From Nostoc sp. DedSLP01 (GTDB taxonomy: Bacteria > Cyanobacteriota > Cyanobacteriia > Cyanobacteriales > Nostocaceae): DNA of 13,785 nucleotides. The notes under the pieces were generated by a model. It was not told the DNA's origin. It worked only from the letters and a program-made list of their open reading frames with translations, and searched no databases. The position numbers were made by a program, and so were the translations under genes. Below are positions 7,691 to 13,785 of this stretch, one piece after another. The DNA lies in assembly GCA_034530875.2 (NCBI GenBank), contig JAVRCJ020000036.1, forward strand, positions 1-13,785, in the 5' to 3' direction. Each line of letters starts with the position of its first letter. The first letter of the stretch is position 1.

Positions 7691-7771
7691 CAAAGCAATA
7701 AAAGTAAGAAAAGTAGGAAAAGCAATAAAAGTAAGAAAAGTCAGAAAAGCAATAAAAGTAAGAAAAGTAAA
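7691..7771 (+). repeat. Hierarchical tandem repeat: three 27-bp units made of nine 9-bp subunits
   Basis: (AAAAGCAAT AAAAGTAAG AAAAGTNNN) x3 in the divergent intergenic region. Confidence 0.9.
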
Positions 7772-8003
7772 ATGGTTAATATTAACCTTCTTTATTTCCT
7801 TAGTCAAAAAATAATCTAAAAACCTTATTCTCAGGTCTTTTTCCAATAGGAGTGTTTAAATAAAAAAGTTGGACTGCACTTGCTTAAGTCATTATTTTGT
7901 TTGGCGTTAAAAAGTGAGATAGTATTTTATTTGTTCATAGTAAAAACAAATTTTAGCTAGGTTGTTATGATAAAACTAAACTATCTAAACAAAGATGAAC
8001 TAG

Positions 8004-8034
8004 GCTGAAACCATTTTGTATGATGGGTTTTAGC
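8004..8034. repeat. Imperfect palindrome of the GCTGAAACC...GGTTTCAGC type
   Basis: GCTGAAACCATTTTGTATGATGGGTTTTAGC. A related half-site AGGGTTTCAGC occurs at about 4780-4790. Confidence 0.4.
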
Positions 8035-8337
8035 TTTTGCTACTTTCTTGATGTTAACGACAAATTTTAAGCTTAACCTACTTGTACATTCTTTAAAAAT
8101 TCCAATCTTCAATATCAATTGGGTTTAATCTCTTTCTCAAGATAGATAAGGTACAATCTATTTTTTTAATAGAGTATGACATGATGTTTTTGTTGTTATA
8201 ACTTCCTCCGTTTGAAGTGAAACTGCTTGAATAGATAGATAAGTTGACTATTTGCAAAACTTCATTCAAAAGAACTTTGTCTACTATTTGCATTTTGAAC
8301 GTTTACTTTGCATTGAACTTTATAAAGTTATAAAAAT

Positions 8338-11300
8338 ATGAAACTATTCAATTTTATCCACAAGATAAAAAGGGAAAAAAGCATGAATAAACAAGTAAGC
8401 TCTATACCTACTGTTGATTTAGTTATCGTCATCGATACCAGTCCTTCGATGAAAGACCAAGCGCAAGCTCTAAGTGATGCTGCTATGAGTGCGATCGCAT
8501 CTGCTAAATCTAATTGCCCTTCTGATTTAAGAGTAGTTTGGTTAGGAATAGAAGGTATTTGGAAAGGGACAAACTTTGACCAAACTATCAGAGCTTATCT
8601 TACTCAAAAGTCTAAAGTATCTGAATCCAAACTCCGGGGTAGAAAAAAAGGAGAACTAAAGTCCGCAGGAGCGCAAGAAGATGCAGCTCGTGCCATTGAA
8701 GATATCTCACAATACTTTGATTGGCGCGAAGGTGCAGCAAGAGCTATCTTTTATCTCGGCGATGAAGCACTAGAAGGGGGTGGAGATAAAACAGAGCAAA
8801 AGGATATTACAGCGGCTGATTTGGCTATCCAAAAAGCCAAAACAGCAGAAGTTACCGTTCACACCTATTTTGGAACTTCTAAGAGCAAGTATCAAGAAGG
8901 TATAAAAACTGAATACAAGAGAGTTGCAACCGCAACAGGTGGACAATCTTTTACAGATAGAGACGCTATCAATGGTTTTAGTACAGTTTTAGAAAAAGTT
9001 ATCTGTGGTAGTCGCACAGATAAAACAATTAAGCTCAAACCAGGAGCAGTTTATATTCAAGATTGTGTCTCCAATGAATTAAGCAAATTTTATACTCTAG
9101 ATTTAGCCACAGGTAAAGCTACCTTTATTGGTGAGATAGTTACAGAAGTTACTGACATTGCCTTTGTCGGTTCTCAACTATATGGACTCGATCGAGATAA
9201 AGATAAGACCAGACTAGTTAAAATTGACCTCAATTCAGGTGATGCTACTGTAATTGGTGATATTGGCTTTGCTGCATCTGGTTTAGCATATAATCGCCAG
9301 CATCATACCCTGTACGCCACAACTGCTAAACAACTGATTAGTATTAATCTTGAAACAGGTAAAGGTACATCAGTAGTAACTGTAGCCGATAAAAACTACA
9401 ACTGTAGTGAAGTTGCGTTTGATGCTGATGGCAAAGCTTATATTACCTTGATTGGTTACGACAAAAAGAAAGTATTAGCAAGCTGCAATCTCGATACAAG
9501 TGAAGTCAAAATTCTTGGCGATATTGGCTTTGCCAATCTTGCAAGTATGCAGTTTGTTGGCGATATTCTCTATGGCGTAACTGGTAACTTCTTTAAGTTA
9601 GGTAAAGACGGTCAATTAATCCGTATTGATACTACCACTGGTCAAGGAACTTTAGTTGCCACAACCGATCCTATTGGTCGTTGGGCAGGTATCACTATTT
9701 ATGAACCAGCTACGGCACTAGTAACAAAGATCCCTTTGGAAGTAAACTCAAACGGAAAATCCCAAGAGACAAAATCTCAAGAAATTAAAGTTAGCAAAGA
9801 AGAAAACATGAGTCTTTTAACAATCGATACTAAAAACAATTGTTACGTTATCAACCCCGACCGAATGAATCATCTGCAACAAAATGTTGCAACTTGCTTT
9901 ACTTTTGAGAAAGGTACTTTTGATATCAAAATTACTAATGGTCGCTACAGCTATGCCCAGAGTAAAACAGAAGGTGAACCTTTTGTTTTACTCTGGATAT
10001 ATGGAGTTGATGGTAGTACATTTATCAACAAAAACACAGGCTTTGAAGTAGGTGCAACCTGGACAACCTTAAATGGATATAATGATAGTCTGAAGTTAGA
10101 AGTCAAAAAGAAGGCAGTTCTGAATGCCTTGTTTTTTGATGTCAACAATGCTGATAATAGCGGGGTTGTTAATCTCTCTATTACTAGTAGCAAGCCATTT
10201 TTCAGCACTCAGACATTAACAGTAGACAGCAAACGCAATTGTTATGTGCTGAATGAAGCAAATTTGTCTAGCCTGAAACAATCTGGCTCCAATTTCATTG
10301 AATTAACGCCAGGAAATTATAAAATCAAAATTCGTGAAGGTAATGCCAGCTATTGGTCAGACAACAAGAAATTTAACCTAGAACCTTGGGCTTTAATTTG
10401 GGCCAAAGGCGGAAAATTTATTACAAAACTCACTGGTATTGAAGTTGAAGAAACTTGGTTTTCATTGAATGGTCAGAAAGACGAAGTAGTTTTAGAGGTC
10501 AAAGAAAAAACTACTTTATCAGGTTTATTTATTGACACCTACAAAAAAGATAACGAAGGACAAATTATTCTAGCAATAGAGCCAGTGAGTGCAACTGAAC
10601 TGACCCAGAAGTATCAAAAGCAGGAGAATAAGGTAACTGTTACAACAGGATCTGTTACAAATATTAGAACAGAGTCTATAACAAATGGTACAACCGAAAC
10701 TGTTACAAATATTCGAGGCTCAGGTGGATCTGTGAGTCGTGAAGCAGTGGGTACGAACAGTTCGAGCGAAACTGTTACAAATATCCAAGACTCAGGTAGA
10801 TCTGTGAATCGTGAAGCGGTAGGTGCGAACAGCTCGGTAGACTTTACCTTTCGTTTTAACGAAGACGAGTTTAAGAAGAAGTGGGAGGAGCAGTTACAGC
10901 AGATTGATGCATCTATTAATGTGATAGATGAAGCTGATGTGACGCTGGAGGCTAAGTATTGGGATCAGCTCGAAACTTGGTTGCTGAAGAACTACGAGAA
11001 GCACTTTAAGAATTTGGCTGTAGAAGTGGCAAAGGTCAGATTCTCGATGGATGCTTATATACAGCAGATGGAATTTAGTCTCAACCAGCATTTGCAAGGC
11101 TGGTCTGGCTACTTAGACAAGTTTGTGGAAGATAAGATCAACGTTGAGATATCAAAGAAAATTAATCAGCAAATCAGCCAGTACGTAGACCAGACTTTTG
11201 AGCAAAGGATACGTAACAATGTTGGATTAATTATTAACAACATTGTCAATAAACAGGAACTCAACCAGTACATCGATCGCCATGTCGATCGCCAAATCGA

Positions 11301-13149
11301 CCAAAACTTAGAGGAAAAATTACGTAACAACGTTGCATTAATTATCAGCAACATTGTTAATAAGCCAGAACTCAATCAGTATATCGATCGGCATGTTGAT
11401 CGCCAAGTAGATCAAAGCTTCGAGCAAAAAGTACGTAACAACGTTGAATTAATTATCAACAACATCGTCAATAAGCCAGAACTCAACCAGTACATTGACC
11501 GGCACGTGGATGGGCAAATCGACCAAAGCTTTGAACAAAAAATCCGCAACAACATCAGCGTCATTGCTCAAAACCTTGTCAATAATCCTGAACTGAGCCA
11601 GTACTTCAACCAGGAAATCGACAATACCTTCGAGCAAAAGGTACGTAATAACGTTGAATTAATTATCAACAACATCGTCAATAAGCCGGAACTCAACCAG
11701 TACATTGACCGACATGTTGATGGGCAAATCGACAATACCTTCGAGCAAAAAATACGCAACAACATTAGCGTCATAGCTCAGAACCTTGTCAATAATCCGG
11801 AACTCAATCAATACTTCAATCAGGAAATCGACAATACCTTCGAGCAAAAAGTACGTAACAATGTTGAATTAATTATCAACAACATTGTCAATAAGCCGGA
11901 ACTCAACCAGTACATTGACCGACATGTTGATGGGCAAATCGACCAAAGCTTTGAACAAAAAATACGCAACAATATCAGCGTCATAGCTCAGAGCCTTGTC
12001 AATAATCCCGAACTGAGCCAGTACTTCAACCAGGAAATCGACAATACGTTCGAGCAAAAGATCCAAAATCACATTCAAGTGATTACCCAGAACATTATCA
12101 ATGATAATGATGTCTTAAACCAGTACGTTGACCAACGCTTACAGCAAAATGTAACTAGTAACACTGAAGTTAACACCAGTATTGTGAATCTTGTTACCAA
12201 CAGCACTGAAATTAACAGCAAGATTGAGAATGTCCGCAACGAGTGGAATGAGACATTTATCAGTTTGGTTACACAGCGAGTCGATGAACTGATTAAAATA
12301 ATAGGTGGCAGAGAAACATTTGTCAGATTAATTACTCAAAACATCGTCAATAACAATACTGATATTAATCAGTATGTCAGCAAGCAAATCGATGTCACCT
12401 ACGAGCAAAAGCTACAAAATTACGTCAAGTTAATTACTCAAAACATTGTCAATAATAATGACGTATTGAATCAGTACGTCGATCGCCGCTTACAACAGAA
12501 TGTAACCAACAACAACGTCATCATTAACCAAATCTTTGATAACGATCGAATAACCCAGAAGATTCAGAATATCTTGAAAGATAATTCTCAAATTCATCAG
12601 CAGATTGAGAGCGTTGTGATCGATAGTACTGAAATTAACAACAGAATTCTGAACTTTGTTGTCAACAGTACTGAAATTAACAACAAGATTAACAACGTCT
12701 ACAGAGATATTGATATCAAGATTGAGAACGTCCGCAACGAATGGAATCAAACATTTATGAGTTTGGTTACACAGTACGTCGATGAACTGATCGCCATAAT
12801 AGGCAACAGAGAATCATTCAATATTCAGGTTGCTAATGTAATCAACATCAAGGTGGACGAGCTTCTCAACCAAATCTTGAGAATCAGGAACGAACTGACT
12901 GTTATTATTAACAACGCAGACAGACATCTCTATGAGTGGACTCTGGGAGAACTAATGGCAATCAAAGGCTGTTTAACCGATCGCCAAGCTCTTGTTGAGC
13001 AGCTAGTTACTTTCAGTTCTGAACTCAGAGTCAAGTTGGATAATACCAACTGTGTAGATATCAACACATTCAAGCCGTTCAAACCTATTTCAGTAAATCC
13101 TGCACCATTGTCACCTGTGCAACCGCAGCAGTTACCAGGAAACAAATAA
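8338..13149 (+). CDS. Giant multidomain protein: vWA domain, beta-propeller, two tandem beta-sandwich domains and a long helical repeat region
   Basis: Uninterrupted 1603-codon ORF; the real start may be ATG 8383. It contains VDLVIVIDTSPSM (DxSxS MIDAS) and FYLGDE, five LxxIDxxTG-type blade repeats (~9075-9710), two homologous ~125-aa domains (9808-10185, 10210-10580) and 37/33-aa repeats (11197-12048). Confidence 0.9.
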   Translation: MKLFNFIHKIKREKSMNKQVSSIPTVDLVIVIDTSPSMKDQAQALSDAAMSAIASAKSNCPSDLRVVWLGIEGIWKGTNFDQTIRAYLTQKSKVSESKLRGRKKGELKSAGAQEDAARAIEDISQYFDWREGAARAIFYLGDEALEGGGDKTEQKDITAADLAIQKAKTAEVTVHTYFGTSKSKYQEGIKTEYKRVATATGGQSFTDRDAINGFSTVLEKVICGSRTDKTIKLKPGAVYIQDCVSNELSKFYTLDLATGKATFIGEIVTEVTDIAFVGSQLYGLDRDKDKTRLVKIDLNSGDATVIGDIGFAASGLAYNRQHHTLYATTAKQLISINLETGKGTSVVTVADKNYNCSEVAFDADGKAYITLIGYDKKKVLASCNLDTSEVKILGDIGFANLASMQFVGDILYGVTGNFFKLGKDGQLIRIDTTTGQGTLVATTDPIGRWAGITIYEPATALVTKIPLEVNSNGKSQETKSQEIKVSKEENMSLLTIDTKNNCYVINPDRMNHLQQNVATCFTFEKGTFDIKITNGRYSYAQSKTEGEPFVLLWIYGVDGSTFINKNTGFEVGATWTTLNGYNDSLKLEVKKKAVLNALFFDVNNADNSGVVNLSITSSKPFFSTQTLTVDSKRNCYVLNEANLSSLKQSGSNFIELTPGNYKIKIREGNASYWSDNKKFNLEPWALIWAKGGKFITKLTGIEVEETWFSLNGQKDEVVLEVKEKTTLSGLFIDTYKKDNEGQIILAIEPVSATELTQKYQKQENKVTVTTGSVTNIRTESITNGTTETVTNIRGSGGSVSREAVGTNSSSETVTNIQDSGRSVNREAVGANSSVDFTFRFNEDEFKKKWEEQLQQIDASINVIDEADVTLEAKYWDQLETWLLKNYEKHFKNLAVEVAKVRFSMDAYIQQMEFSLNQHLQGWSGYLDKFVEDKINVEISKKINQQISQYVDQTFEQRIRNNVGLIINNIVNKQELNQYIDRHVDRQIDQNLEEKLRNNVALIISNIVNKPELNQYIDRHVDRQVDQSFEQKVRNNVELIINNIVNKPELNQYIDRHVDGQIDQSFEQKIRNNISVIAQNLVNNPELSQYFNQEIDNTFEQKVRNNVELIINNIVNKPELNQYIDRHVDGQIDNTFEQKIRNNISVIAQNLVNNPELNQYFNQEIDNTFEQKVRNNVELIINNIVNKPELNQYIDRHVDGQIDQSFEQKIRNNISVIAQSLVNNPELSQYFNQEIDNTFEQKIQNHIQVITQNIINDNDVLNQYVDQRLQQNVTSNTEVNTSIVNLVTNSTEINSKIENVRNEWNETFISLVTQRVDELIKIIGGRETFVRLITQNIVNNNTDINQYVSKQIDVTYEQKLQNYVKLITQNIVNNNDVLNQYVDRRLQQNVTNNNVIINQIFDNDRITQKIQNILKDNSQIHQQIESVVIDSTEINNRILNFVVNSTEINNKINNVYRDIDIKIENVRNEWNQTFMSLVTQYVDELIAIIGNRESFNIQVANVINIKVDELLNQILRIRNELTVIINNADRHLYEWTLGELMAIKGCLTDRQALVEQLVTFSSELRVKLDNTNCVDINTFKPFKPISVNPAPLSPVQPQQLPGNK
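10696..10836 (+). repeat. 72-bp (24-aa) intragenic tandem duplication in a Ser/Thr-rich linker
   Basis: ETVTNIRGSGGSVSREAVGTNSSS and ETVTNIQDSGRSVNREAVGANSS, with copies starting at 10696 and 10768. Confidence 0.9.
11197..12048 (+). repeat. Intragenic repeat array A-A-A-B-A-B-A-B (A = 111 bp/37 aa, B = 99 bp/33 aa)
   Basis: A = FEQKVRNNVELIINNIVNKPELNQYIDRHVDGQIDQS; B = FEQKIRNNISVIAQNLVNNPELSQYFNQEIDNT. The AB unit of 210 bp occurs three times. Confidence 0.95.
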
Positions 13150-13180
13150 CTAGACTTTAAGCTGACTGAAGATTGATGGG

Positions 13181-13219
13181 GTAGAGGTTGCGTTAGAGCA
13201 ATGCAATAACGCACTCTAC
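13181..13219. repeat. GTAG-family REP-like palindrome, possibly acting as terminator or stabiliser of the giant gene
   Basis: GTAGAG-GT-TGCGTTA...TAACGCA-CTCTAC, 31 nt after the stop codon. Confidence 0.7.
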
Positions 13220-13364
13220 TCCAATAAAACATCTAAATGTGAAAAAAATCATAGTTGGTGAAGACGGAACAAAGCAAACCGGGGAAGAATGAGAATATTT
13301 TCCTAAATTTTGATGTAGCGATCGCTCTTTGATTTTTTTCCTAACTAGGTTTGCGACCATAACT

Positions 13365-13433
13365 TGTAGGGTGGGTAGTGCCCTAAACTTATGTCCAGAT
13401 TATCAGGTTTTACTAAGCACTGCCGACCCTACA
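13365..13433. repeat. GTAG-family REP-like inverted repeat
   Basis: TGTAGGGTGGGTAGTGC ... GCACTGCCGACCCTACA. The common cyanobacterial repeat end TGCGTAAGTCCTA follows at 13473-13485. Confidence 0.75.
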
Positions 13434-13549
13434 CTAGAAAAATAGAAATTTATATTTGAAGACTTTTGTCAATGCGTAAGTCCTAACATATTTCAATCTG
13501 CACCTCTGGTTAATAAAAAATTACTTTGCGTGGGTCGGAGATACTATTT

Positions 13550-13785
13550 ATGGTAAAAAAAAGATATTCATATATTGGGGTATCAGTTTTATTGGCTCTC
13601 TCGATCTCAACCCCTGTTTTGTCTGATGCACCACCTAATGTAATCAATGAACAGTTTAGGAGTTTGGAGAGTGAAAAAAACTCTACAGATGAGTTCGGAA
13701 AACAGCCTCAAGAATCTTCTAATACAAATCCTAATAATCCATCAGCTTCGGGAAGAAAAATTGACTCAGGAAATCTGACATCATC
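13550..13785 (+). CDS. Secreted protein, N-terminal part (partial; not in the ORF track)
   Basis: GGAG at 13537-13540 precedes ATG 13550. MVKKRYSYIGVSVLLALSISTPVLS-DAPP... looks like a Sec signal peptide, followed by an N/S/P-rich linker that stays open to the window edge. Confidence 0.7.
   Translation, partial: MVKKRYSYIGVSVLLALSISTPVLSDAPPNVINEQFRSLESEKNSTDEFGKQPQESSNTNPNNPSASGRKIDSGNLTS

Larger units (their letters stand above)
1818..13325. repeat. Dispersed HIP1 octamers (GCGATCGC)
   Basis: Exact copies start at 1818, 2834, 4581, 5332, 6514, 8491 and 13318, with many one-mismatch variants. This is a hallmark of cyanobacterial genomes. Confidence 0.9.

Noticed and set aside
7691..7771. 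CRISPR array
   Set aside because: The repeats are contiguous with no unique spacers, and there are no cas genes.
7625..7846. 73-aa ORF as a confident membrane protein gene
   Set aside because: Its hydrophobic stretch comes largely from the 9-bp tandem repeat, the start is TTG, and no SD is clear.
8093..8293. 66-aa minus-strand ORF
   Set aside because: It lies in AT-rich promoter DNA and has no recognisable motif.
10894..13232. Multiple short antisense ORFs, and a CRISPR-like reading of the 111/99-bp repeats
   Set aside because: These are shadows of the coding repeats. Unit lengths are multiples of 3 and variation is mostly synonymous in the + frame.

Overview
Cyanobacterial DNA, judged from 7 exact HIP1 GCGATCGC sites, GTAG-type REP palindromes and heptamer repeats. 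From left to right: (1) the left end and 5' transposase start of an IS66-type element, sitting in or next to a truncated IS982-type remnant; (2) a Ser/Thr kinase fused to an FGE/SUMF1 domain, then an atypical Clp-like AAA+ ATPase with only one intact nucleotide-binding domain; (3) on the minus strand, a compact gas vesicle operon gvpA-gvpC-gvpN followed by two small uncharacterised ORFs (62 aa and 90 aa) where gvpJ would be expected, with a 174-bp MITE between gvpA and its downstream hairpin; (4) divergent from gvpA, a ~1600-aa protein with no signal peptide, built from a vWA (MIDAS) domain, a 5-repeat beta-propeller, two tandem beta-sandwich domains and a long N/Q/I/V-rich helical array of 37- and 33-aa repeats; (5) REP elements and the start of a secreted protein. 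The leading hypothesis, which is inference only, is that the giant vWA protein is a gas vesicle accessory or scaffold and possibly the vWA partner of the MoxR-type ATPase GvpN. All family assignments come from motif recognition by eye; no searches were run.
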